Shown here: positions 26,601 through 34,467 of the stretch, in pieces
Numbering within the stretch: the stretch's first letter is position 1
How the letters are laid out: each line of letters begins with the position of its first letter
Assembly (NCBI GenBank): GCA_963794265.1
Contig: CAWCDJ010000007.1
Span: 478,846 to 542,845, forward strand
Origin: Bryobacterales bacterium
GTDB taxonomy: Bacteria > Acidobacteriota > Terriglobia > Bryobacterales > Bryobacteraceae
Length of the DNA stretch: 64,000 bases
Reading direction: 5' to 3'
Program-made: the position numbers and the translations under genes
Notes under the pieces: model-generated
Seen by the model: only the letters and a program-made list of their open reading frames with translations
What the model was told of the DNA's origin: nothing
Database searches by the model: none

Positions 26601-26690
26601 CTGGTGTTCGGCGGAAAAGACCGCCACACGCTTTTCATCCTGACGCAATCTTCTTTATACGCCGTGCGCACGCGCTACGGCGGAGTGTAG
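23601..26690 (+). CDS. secreted GH55-like double pectate-lyase-fold protein fused to SMP-30/gluconolactonase-like propeller
   Basis: Signal MRKLLLFSVVLAVVIPSSRGA. Two Pectate_lyase_3-type heads are present (VRGDGKADDSAAIQAAIDKV..GILFVPEGRYRV and GVKGDGSTDETAAIQKAIDGHRALYIPSGHYIV). The C-terminal ~300 aa carry SMP30/LRE-like strands (DPSGRLYFVDGHRQRIYRW, DKAGDLIVVS, DAEGNVYLAAGQIFVYS, LVFGGKDRHTLFI). Confidence 0.75.
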   Translation: MRKLLLFSVVLAVVIPSSRGASIYTARLDDPKAVYLTTDRFPVRGDGKADDSAAIQAAIDKVQETTGEGILFVPEGRYRVTRTIYVWPGVRVIGYGEKRPVFVLADQTPGFQQGIGYMFFFAGFRPNQRSGRAGFPRRGFRMPPPPSGSVPPDQTIADANPGTFYSAMSNIDFEIGSGNAAAVGIRFHVAQHGYLAHMDFQIGSGLAALNDIGNEAEDLHFHGGRYGILTRKPSPAWQFTLIDSTFDGQREAAIRENEAGLTLVHDAFRNVPTAISIDPRYSDQLWVKDARFENVSGPAIVISNENNRMTEINLEGITCRHVPVFARFRESGRELAGPGETYEVKILSHGLTLPALGANGEIKTRYDAAPLQALPPFSPNAIRSLPAADTWVNLRSLGVKGDGSTDETAAIQKAIDGHRALYIPSGHYIVSDTLRLRPDSVLIGLHPDQTQFDVLESTPRFQGPGTPLPILEAPRGGSDIVTGIGLYTNGINSRGVGAMWMAGTDSLMDDVRFLGGHGTDGIDGRRVNPYSANLASDPDPHRRWDAQYPSLWITHGGGGTFANIWTPDTFAEAGLYISDTSTPGRVYELSSEHHVRMEIKLDQVANWDLYALQTEGEREESADALSLEISRSSNITIANYHGYRVVRSYHPYPYAVHIYDSHDIRFRNVHVDSNSAIALCDESGCRQQTRSSKVSYENCIFDQSLNAEVRDREFAWLDDTGKAAPSQPHRPSPVLQPGATVEKLTSGFYNISGAAADPSGRLYFVDGHRQRIYRWTPETRDLRVIRDNPLDPVNLIFDKAGDLIVVSSGGKGMTVYSFRPDGPEDELTVLQPERPEERPGMTVVLPVDYWVNGDFTNTLSTENYEYVSLDQMFSKVVSTRMPHQYVSPDRTLFIPAEDAIVQGAPYFGYKFGYLLQAFGLVENVPGKPFYVTNESEQRTYKATVNPDGTLSRLQLFTEQGGESLAQDAEGNVYLAAGQIFVYSPSAKLIDTIRVPERPLDLVFGGKDRHTLFILTQSSLYAVRTRYGGV

Positions 26691-26721
26691 GCCGGGAGCC
26701 GCGGGCGAAGGCTGCGCCGTC

Positions 26722-29124
26722 TTACCGGGCGAGGGCCGAATCCGGCGCGGGGAGGCCGGAAATTCCCCACTTCTCGTTCGGCTGCGGCCCCAGGTGGAAC
26801 CGGAGCACGCCGCCTTTCACGATCTCGTCGTGCGTGATCCAGGCCCGCTCCAGCGGTTTGCCGTTGAGGGTGGCGGACTGCACGTAGATATCGCCGGGAG
26901 CCTTCCTCAGCGCTTCCACCGTGAAGCTGTTGCCGCTTTCCAGGTGGATCGTCGCCCGGGCGAACATCGGGCTTCCCAGCGCGTAAACGGGTTGGCCCGG
27001 ATTGACGGGATAGAACCCGAGCGCGCTGAAGATATACCAGGAGGACATCTGGCCGGTGTCCTCGTCGCCCAGCCACCCGGCAGGCCCGGGTTTGTACAGA
27101 CGGTCCTCGATGGTATGCACCCAGCGCTGGGCCTTCCAGGGCTGGCCCGCATAGTCGTACAGATACACGACGTGATGCACGGGCTCGTTGATATGAGCAT
27201 ACTGGCCCATATCTTCCAACTTGGCTTCGGTCATCTCGTGGATAACCTGGCCGTACCCGCCGACCCGGAAGGATGTTGTTGCGGTGAACAGCGAATCCAG
27301 CTTGTGAAGGAACGCGTCTCTTCCGCCCATCAGTTGCATCAGCCCGGGAACGTCCTGCTGCACGGACCACAGCCACTGCCAGGCATTGCCTTCGGTATAG
27401 ACGCCTCCCCACGCCAGCGGGTCGAACGGCTCGATCCACGAACCGTCGGATTTGCGGCCGCGCATAAAGCCGGCAGCCGGGTCGTAAACGTTGCGGTAGT
27501 TCTTTGCGCGGGCCGCGAATACCCGGTAGTCTCCCTCCTTGCCCAATGCCCTGGCCATTTGAGCCACGGCGAAATCGTCGTAGGCGTACTCCAGGGTGCA
27601 GGCCACGGATTCGTGCACGCCGTGGTCGTACGGAACGTAGCCGAGTTTGATGTAGTCTTCGATCCCGCTGCGCGCCTGGAAACCGCCGCTCCCCTTTTCT
27701 GTTTCATCTTTTCGGAGCGCGGCGTACGCCTTGTCGACGTCGTAGCCGCGAATGCGCTTCATGTACGCATCGGCGATCACGGAATCGCCGTGCGTCCCGA
27801 TCATGACATTCGTCTCGCCCGGGTTGGGCCACTTGGGAATGAAGCCGCCCTCATCGTAGGCGTTCAGCATGGCGCGAATGATCTCGGCATCCTGCTTCGG
27901 ATCGAGGATGGTCAGCAGCGGGAATTGCGCGCGGAAGGTATCCCAAAAGCCGGTATCGGCGAACATCTCGCCGGGGTGGATTTTGCCGTCGTAAGGGCTC
28001 CAGTGCACCAGATTGCCGGAAGCGTCGGTTTCCTGGAGCATATGCGGGAACTGCACGGCGTGATAGAGGGCCGTATAAAAGGTCCGCCGCTGCGCTTCCG
28101 TGCCGCCCTCGACGTCGATCTTCGCCAGTTGGCGCTCCCACCTTGACCTGGCGCGCCCGGCAATCCGGTCGAAATCGGGTTCGGGCATATCCTGGTCCAG
28201 ATTGCGCCGGGCTTGCTCGAGGCTGATCAACGAAACGCCGATGCGAACGGTGACGGACTCCCCCTCTTTGGTGGAGAAGCCAGCGTATGCGCCCACGTGA
28301 TTTCCGGCGCGCGAAGCCGAAGTGGCGTCGATGACGGTTGACGCATTCGCCACCGGCCGACCCTGCCGCGTCTCGGGAATTTCCCAAACGCCGCGGCGCG
28401 TGAACGGATGGTCAAACACCGCGACGAAGTACTGCGAGAAATTCGGAGAGTTGTGCGCGCCCGACGAGTTCCTGCCGGTAATCGTGTTGTTTTCCGGATG
28501 AACTTCAACCGCGCTGCCGCCATGGCTGCCATCGAGCAGAACGTACGCGTCCTCGGTCTTGGGGAAGGTGAAGCGGAAGGCGCCTCCGTGCGGCGATGGA
28601 GTCATTTCCACCTTCACCTTGTACGCATCGAGGAGCACGGTGTAGCGGTAAGGCAACGCCTGCTCATTATCGTGGCTGAAGTGAGACGCGCGCTCGCTGG
28701 GCTGCACCTGGAGTACCCCGGTAATCGGCATCAGAGAGAACGGGCCGTAGTTGCTCATCCATGCGGATGGCTGATGCGTGGCCATGAACCCGATCAGGGT
28801 TTCGCGGAAGTACTGATACGGCCAGCCATTGCCTTCCGTCATTTGCGGGGTCCATCCCAGCATGCCAAAGGGCGTAAAGACGCCGGGATAGGTATTGCCG
28901 TGGGAGAGTTCGTACATCGACCAGGTGCCCACCAGCGGGTCGGGGAGATCGGCGCGGCTTTTCGGAGTGTCAGCGCCGAATCCTGGAGCGGCCAGCAGGC
29001 AGCACAGGAGCCCGGATGCCAGACAGTGCTTCAACCAAGAGGGAATCATCACTTGAGAGATAACACGGAGCGCCTGGAAAGTCATGGCAGGCGCCAGGGT
29101 GGGAGACAGCCGGATCAAAAGCAA
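26722..29124 (-). CDS. GH92 family glycoside hydrolase (alpha-mannosidase-like)
   Basis: GH92 hallmark blocks: GNTYPGVFTPFGMLGWTP, FSHDNEQALPYRYTVLL, FYTALYH, GYVPYDHGVHESVACTLEYAYDDFAVAQMA, YTEGNAWQWLWSV, NEPVHHVVYLYDYAG. The likely true start is the internal ATG 29049, giving signal MIPSWLKHCLASGLLCCLLAAPGFGA. Confidence 0.9.
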   Translation of the reverse strand: MLLIRLSPTLAPAMTFQALRVISQVMIPSWLKHCLASGLLCCLLAAPGFGADTPKSRADLPDPLVGTWSMYELSHGNTYPGVFTPFGMLGWTPQMTEGNGWPYQYFRETLIGFMATHQPSAWMSNYGPFSLMPITGVLQVQPSERASHFSHDNEQALPYRYTVLLDAYKVKVEMTPSPHGGAFRFTFPKTEDAYVLLDGSHGGSAVEVHPENNTITGRNSSGAHNSPNFSQYFVAVFDHPFTRRGVWEIPETRQGRPVANASTVIDATSASRAGNHVGAYAGFSTKEGESVTVRIGVSLISLEQARRNLDQDMPEPDFDRIAGRARSRWERQLAKIDVEGGTEAQRRTFYTALYHAVQFPHMLQETDASGNLVHWSPYDGKIHPGEMFADTGFWDTFRAQFPLLTILDPKQDAEIIRAMLNAYDEGGFIPKWPNPGETNVMIGTHGDSVIADAYMKRIRGYDVDKAYAALRKDETEKGSGGFQARSGIEDYIKLGYVPYDHGVHESVACTLEYAYDDFAVAQMARALGKEGDYRVFAARAKNYRNVYDPAAGFMRGRKSDGSWIEPFDPLAWGGVYTEGNAWQWLWSVQQDVPGLMQLMGGRDAFLHKLDSLFTATTSFRVGGYGQVIHEMTEAKLEDMGQYAHINEPVHHVVYLYDYAGQPWKAQRWVHTIEDRLYKPGPAGWLGDEDTGQMSSWYIFSALGFYPVNPGQPVYALGSPMFARATIHLESGNSFTVEALRKAPGDIYVQSATLNGKPLERAWITHDEIVKGGVLRFHLGPQPNEKWGISGLPAPDSALAR

Positions 29125-29132
29125 AGAGCCCC

Positions 29133-29165
29133 GCTGCTTTCGGCAGCGGGGCCCTTTGTGTTATC
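29133..29165 (-). terminator. intrinsic terminator candidate after TonB receptor gene
   Basis: On the minus strand, GCCCCGCTGC-CGAAA-GCAGCGGGGC is followed by TCTTTGCTTTTG. It lies 17-20 nt after the receptor stop (29182) and before the GH92 start. Confidence 0.7.
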
Positions 29166-29181
29166 GGTTAGACTCTCGGAA

Positions 29182-32100
29182 TCAGAAGCTGAACCGGAGA
29201 GCGAGTTGCAGGGTTCGGGCGTCGCGATAGGTACTCGCTTGTCCGAAATTAGCGTCAGAGGCGGAAATCGCGCTGCCCGGATTGTCGCCGCTGAAGCCGG
29301 TGTTGAGTCCCCAGACCTCCGCGTGGTTGAACAGGTTGAAAACCTCGCAACGGAACTGCACTTTCACGGTTTCCGTGAAGTTGAAGTTCTTGACGAGGTT
29401 TACGTCCATGTTACGGATGCCGGGCATCCGCAAGGCATTCCGGCCGAGGTTGCCGTACGTGCCGTCCGCGGGACGGGTGAACGCAGCGGGGTTGAGCCAC
29501 TGGAAGCTGTTCTGCCCCGCATAGGGGTCGCCGGTGAGATTCGGATACTGACTGCCCGCATTCACCCCGGCGAGGTTGCCGTTGGAGGTGATGTTGATGG
29601 GCATGCCCGATTGCGCCCGGAACATGCCGCTGAGTTCCCATCCATTGATCACCTGTTTGGCAATGGGATTCGCCATCGTGGTCTTCGGCAGCAGGTAAAC
29701 GAAATCCACCGTCTCTACGTTCGGCTGGTCGTAACCGGCGTTGGCGTAGTTCTGGGCGATGTTGAACGGGTTGTTGATGGAATCTGAGTCGTTGTCCACG
29801 ATGTCCTTGATGTTGGACCGCGTGTAGTTGAAGTTCATGGAGAAACTGTTAGCGAAGCGCCGGCTCAGCCGGAACATCACGGCGTTGTAGCGCGAGTAGG
29901 CGTTCGTCTCGACCGCGTTCAAACCGCCCCAGCCGAGATACGGAAGAAGCGCGCTGGAGTAGTAATTGACCGACGGCAACAGGTTCGGGTTGCTGAGGAA
30001 GGTGCCCGCGGCTACCGCGTTGACTTGGCGCTGGTCCATCAGGTGCACTGCATGGTTGCCTGAATAGGAGATGTCCAGTGCGAACTTGGCGGGTAACTGC
30101 CGCTGAACACCCGCGTACCACGAGTAGATGCTCGGCATCGTGTTGTTGGTGGGCCAAACCGTCATTCCAGGGGGCTGGATCGGCGCTGACGGATTTCCGA
30201 CGCCGCTGGTATCGATCGAGGACACGTTGCCGTTGTACACGTTGCCCGAAACCAGGTTGGGCCACTGCGCGCCCGCGCCGAAGTTGAAGTTGTTCTGGCG
30301 GAGGCGTTCGTTAAACATGCCGATTCCACCGCGCACGGCCATCTTCCCATCACCGAATAAGTCATATGCCACGCCGACTCGAGGCTCGGCAAACGTCTTG
30401 GCCGGGGAGAATCCGGGGTCCACGCCGGAGCAGGGATCGCAGATCAGCCCCAAGGGAGTCAATGCCGTCAGCGGAGCGCCGACGATGTAACCATTGCTCA
30501 AGTTGATGGTCGGTCTCTTGCTGGTGTCGTACTTGCTCAGATCGACGCTGTAAAGGGTCCACGTGCCTTCGCCGCCCGGCGTGCCGCCGCGAACTTGCGT
30601 GTAAGTCGGGAGCATGTGCACTATGCGAATGCCATATTCCACCGTCATGCGTTGGCTGACTTTCCAACTATCCTGGGCATAGCCGTCCAGTTCCCAGAAG
30701 CGGAACCACGGATAAATATGTCCGCTGGCCTGAGAGAAGTTGTTAAAGTTGCCCAACATCATGTTGGCAATACCGTTGCCCGTGTCCTGCGGCATCGAAG
30801 AGGAAGAGCTGAAATTGATGCTACCTTCCAGGCCCCAGTTGCCGGTCTGCGTCTTGAAGTCACGGTTGTAATACATTCCGAACTTAAAGGTATGCGACCC
30901 GTAGACCCAAGAAAGGTTCTCGGTCAGACCATAATCTTTGCCGGTGTTGTGCCATCCCGGGTCGCCCAGGGAGAAGCCGTATCCGGAATTCGTGGTCACA
31001 TCCTGAACCGAGTTCGTGATGTTTGTCTGCGGGTATAGCTGGGTCCAGTTGGCGCCAAGGGTGGTGCGGTTGAGCGGATTGTCGCCCACGATCGAAAGCG
31101 ACTGTGACTGGTGGTTGTAAGACAAAATCGTTTCGGAAGCCAGCGAGGGAGTAAACGTGCTGACCAGGTTCCAGGACCACGAACTGCCCGGCTTCGGCCG
31201 CGTTTGCGGCTGGATCGGGAAAGGCTCGCCGGTCCAGATCCCGTTCTGAACGGTCTCTTTCTGGTAATCGTTGACCCAGCGGAAGAACGCATTCATCTTG
31301 CTGTTGACGGCATAGTCCATGCGCAGCATGTCCTGGTTCTTCACCAGGTTGTCGGGGTTGTTGTAGTAGTACCGCACGTAGCCCGGGTTCGGGGCGGCCG
31401 GAAGGCTCGTATAGCCGGGGATGCCGGTGTAGATCTTCAGCAGTGCGGAACTCATCGGGTTCCACACCGATTGCGGAACCGTGTTGTTGGGGTACGGCGT
31501 GCCGTTAGTGATGTTCCCGGCGCCATCGCGCGTGATCGTTCCGGGTTCAAAAACGGTGCCGTTCTTGAACTGCGGAGCATACTGCATGTTGGTGGAAAGC
31601 AGCCACGGGCTGAAATTTCCGCCCAGGATGGTCGCGTTGGGAACATCCGCATAAGAGCTGGAGGGCAGATTGCGGCGGGTCATCTCCCGGTTGTAGAAGA
31701 AGAACAACCGCTTGTCCTGCCTGGTGGAGACTTTCGGAATTGGCACCCAGCCGCTGATATTGCCGCCGAACTGGTTGTAGCGGAGTTGGGGCTGGAGGGT
31801 GTTGCACAATACGCACTTGGCATCCAGCGCGTTGTTACGGAAGTACTCGTATGCGGTGCCGTGAAACTTGTTCGAGCCGGACTTGGTCTGCACCGAGATG
31901 ACCATGCCGGAGTTGCGGCCGTACTCGGCGTTGAAGCCGCTCTGTAGTACCCGGAACTCCGCAATCGTATCGATGCTGGCCTGGGTATACTGCGACTGGT
32001 TATCGCCAACGTCGATATTCGGAGATCCGTCCAGGTAGAAGTTGTTCTCCGATCCACGTCCGCCGAGCGAATGGAACTGCGACACGTCGTTGAAGTTCAC

Positions 32101-32634
32101 ATTGAAATCGCTCTGCGCGGCGCTGGTCATGCCTGGAACCGTGTTCATCAGAGACGTAAAGTTCCGGCCGTTCATAGGCAGCTCGGACATCTGCGTCTTG
32201 TCTACCAGGTATGCTTTATCCGCAGTATTGGTCGTGATCAGCGGGGTGCTCTCCGCTGACACGGATACGGCCTCACTCACATTGCCGACGTCCAGCTTGA
32301 CTTGGCCGACGTCCAGCTTAGAGTTGACGTCCAGGGTGACCGTGACCTCAGCCTTCTTGAATCCATCTTTCTCGATACTGATGAGATACCTGCCCGGCTG
32401 AATGTCGATCGCCCGGAAGCGACCGGTCATGTCCGTAGTGGTTTGGCGTGCCGTGCCGCCTTTGGCTACGTCGTTGATTTTGACTGTGGCATCCGGAATA
32501 ACAGCTCCGGAAGTATCTATAACGGTGCCGCTGATGTTTTGTGATTGCGCCATGATTCGCGGAGCCATCAGCGTGAGCAAAAGCGCTGAAAGGATCGCGA
32601 TTTTTACGCTGACATAGCGTCGTCGTGCATTCAT
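29182..32634 (-). CDS. TonB-dependent receptor with N-terminal carboxypeptidase-regulatory-like domain
   Basis: Signal VKIAILSALLLTLMAPRIMAQ. CarboxypepD_reg-like ISGTVIDTSGAVIPDATVKINDVAKGG..GRYLISIEKDGF. Plug-like FRVLQSGFNAEYGRNSGMVISVQTKSGSNKFHG. The barrel ends in LALRFSF. Confidence 0.9.
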   Translation of the reverse strand: MNARRRYVSVKIAILSALLLTLMAPRIMAQSQNISGTVIDTSGAVIPDATVKINDVAKGGTARQTTTDMTGRFRAIDIQPGRYLISIEKDGFKKAEVTVTLDVNSKLDVGQVKLDVGNVSEAVSVSAESTPLITTNTADKAYLVDKTQMSELPMNGRNFTSLMNTVPGMTSAAQSDFNVNFNDVSQFHSLGGRGSENNFYLDGSPNIDVGDNQSQYTQASIDTIAEFRVLQSGFNAEYGRNSGMVISVQTKSGSNKFHGTAYEYFRNNALDAKCVLCNTLQPQLRYNQFGGNISGWVPIPKVSTRQDKRLFFFYNREMTRRNLPSSSYADVPNATILGGNFSPWLLSTNMQYAPQFKNGTVFEPGTITRDGAGNITNGTPYPNNTVPQSVWNPMSSALLKIYTGIPGYTSLPAAPNPGYVRYYYNNPDNLVKNQDMLRMDYAVNSKMNAFFRWVNDYQKETVQNGIWTGEPFPIQPQTRPKPGSSWSWNLVSTFTPSLASETILSYNHQSQSLSIVGDNPLNRTTLGANWTQLYPQTNITNSVQDVTTNSGYGFSLGDPGWHNTGKDYGLTENLSWVYGSHTFKFGMYYNRDFKTQTGNWGLEGSINFSSSSSMPQDTGNGIANMMLGNFNNFSQASGHIYPWFRFWELDGYAQDSWKVSQRMTVEYGIRIVHMLPTYTQVRGGTPGGEGTWTLYSVDLSKYDTSKRPTINLSNGYIVGAPLTALTPLGLICDPCSGVDPGFSPAKTFAEPRVGVAYDLFGDGKMAVRGGIGMFNERLRQNNFNFGAGAQWPNLVSGNVYNGNVSSIDTSGVGNPSAPIQPPGMTVWPTNNTMPSIYSWYAGVQRQLPAKFALDISYSGNHAVHLMDQRQVNAVAAGTFLSNPNLLPSVNYYSSALLPYLGWGGLNAVETNAYSRYNAVMFRLSRRFANSFSMNFNYTRSNIKDIVDNDSDSINNPFNIAQNYANAGYDQPNVETVDFVYLLPKTTMANPIAKQVINGWELSGMFRAQSGMPINITSNGNLAGVNAGSQYPNLTGDPYAGQNSFQWLNPAAFTRPADGTYGNLGRNALRMPGIRNMDVNLVKNFNFTETVKVQFRCEVFNLFNHAEVWGLNTGFSGDNPGSAISASDANFGQASTYRDARTLQLALRFSF

Positions 32635-32878
32635 AAATTACCTTCTCTCGGGGCTTCGCACTGCAATGAGACTAACCCGACTGTTCTGTTGTCGATGAGC
32701 GATCGCTCTCGCTGGTTCTTGTCGCGGTGAGACCACCGCGACCAACCCCAAAGCAAATTACGCCTGTGGTCAAACGTAATGCAAATCTACTAGGAAATCA
32801 AGGGTTATATGGGGAATCGCAGGGCATTTGCGCAATTTCAGCTCCGGAATTGGCCGGTGCCCGGAAAGTGGCTTTTGG

Positions 32879-32933
32879 TCTATGAAAAACGGGAGGCGAT
32901 CGGCGAAAAAGACCGTCAATCTATGAAAAACGG
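32879..32933. repeat. 14-bp perfect direct repeat TCTATGAAAAACGG x2, 41-bp period, in receptor upstream region
   Basis: Copies lie at 32879-32892 and 32920-32933. The spacing is not a multiple of 3, and the repeats sit in the 446-bp non-coding gap between the TPR gene stop and the receptor start. Confidence 0.6.
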
Positions 32934-33080
32934 AGTGCGGATGCCCGGATTTTTGGACAACCGACCGGGCGCCTCCGGCGCGCGAAATAGGGCTGTGGAA
33001 ATTTCGAGCGAGGACGGCCAAAAGCCTAAGGGCATTTGCCGGCGCTGTGGAGGTTTTGGCCAGTAGCCGGCCGGAACTCC

Positions 33081-34202
33081 TCAGCGCGCGCCCGCTACCG
33101 GGCCATCCGCGGGCGTTTGGGCCTTCAGTGCGGCAGCTCTCAGCTCTTGGACCCGCCGAAGCGCGCTGCTGGCTTCCGCGTCGCGTCCGCAGGCCTTGAG
33201 CGCCCGCCCGAGGTCGTAGTAAGCGGATGCCTCATCGGGGTTTAGCTCCACGGCCTTCTGCAGCAGTACGACGGCCTCGGCAGGCTGCTCCAGTCGTAGT
33301 TTGGCCTTCCCCAAATAGAAGTACGGGGCCCAGAAATCAGGTTTCACCCTTTTCGCCCGCTCGAGGTAGGGAATCCCTTCCTTATAGCGGGTTTCCTGGA
33401 CCAGCAGACCGCCAAGGAAATAGCTGGCATCCGGATCGGCGGGGTCCTGTTTGAGCACCAGTTCCAGTTCCCGGATCGCGTCGTCGGTCCGGCGGAGGCT
33501 GATGTAGACCTTTCCCAATTCGAGGTGTACACCCGGAAACTTGGGGTCGAGCCGGAGCGTTTCGAGGAAAGCCGCCTCGGCCTTGGGAAAGACCGTGGCC
33601 TCGTAGTAGGCCTTCCCGAGCAGGAACTGCGCTCGCGCCGGACCCGCCGCCTCGAACATCTGTTGGAAAATCGCCTTCGCCTTTTCGGTGTCGTGGTTCT
33701 TCAGGTACGAAAACCCCAGCAGGAACAGGATGTTCTCATCGTGCGGAGCGGTGGCGCGCAGGGCCTCGAGATCGCGGATCGCCGGCACCACCTGGCCGGT
33801 GTAGGCGCGGCACAGGGCGAGTAACTGCCGGGCCTGCAGGTTCTGGGGATTGATCGCCACGACTCGGGCGAATAACGGGAGCGCCCGCGCGTGGGCCTCC
33901 TGCTTGAGGTAGACCAGCCCCAGGTTCAGGAGGAGCGCCTGGTCGTCCGGGCTCACACGCAGGGCGCGCTGATAAACCGTGATCGCCTGATCGGAGCGGT
34001 TGGTGCGGGAGTAGATCACGCCCAGGTTGCTGAGCGCCGCAACCTGGCGCGGTTCCTCCCGGAGGACGGACAGGAAGCCCCGCTCCGCGGCCGCGTAGTT
34101 TTCCGCGGCGAGGTCCCGGACAGCCCGGTCGAAGACCTCCTTCGCCGGCTCGGCGGCCCAGAGAAACAAGCCGCAGAGGCACAGGCACGCAGCCGACTTC
34201 AT
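33081..34202 (-). CDS. TPR repeat protein (secreted)
   Basis: Signal MKSAACLCLCGLFLWAAEP. Tandem TPR units run throughout (AALSNLGVIYSRTNRSDQAITVYQRALRVSPDD, etc.). Confidence 0.85.
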   Translation of the reverse strand: MKSAACLCLCGLFLWAAEPAKEVFDRAVRDLAAENYAAAERGFLSVLREEPRQVAALSNLGVIYSRTNRSDQAITVYQRALRVSPDDQALLLNLGLVYLKQEAHARALPLFARVVAINPQNLQARQLLALCRAYTGQVVPAIRDLEALRATAPHDENILFLLGFSYLKNHDTEKAKAIFQQMFEAAGPARAQFLLGKAYYEATVFPKAEAAFLETLRLDPKFPGVHLELGKVYISLRRTDDAIRELELVLKQDPADPDASYFLGGLLVQETRYKEGIPYLERAKRVKPDFWAPYFYLGKAKLRLEQPAEAVVLLQKAVELNPDEASAYYDLGRALKACGRDAEASSALRRVQELRAAALKAQTPADGPVAGAR

Positions 34203-34467
34203 TTCGCCACCATTTTACCCGAATTCAGGCGGCTCCTGCCGCCGGCTTCGCGCCTCGGAGGCGGCGCGGCGCGTAACCGCCTCGGAGCGGCAACGCTTCC
34301 CTGCCAGGAGTTACAATACGTGCGAGCATGAAGTTCGTCCTGGTCCTGCCGGTGTCGAACGCGGCAGAGGGGGCTGCGAGCGGCCCGTGTTTTCAGAAGG
34401 CGATCGGCTTCGACCGCTCGAAGCCGCGCGCCCGGGCTTTCCTCCAGGCACCGGGACGGCCGAAGAA

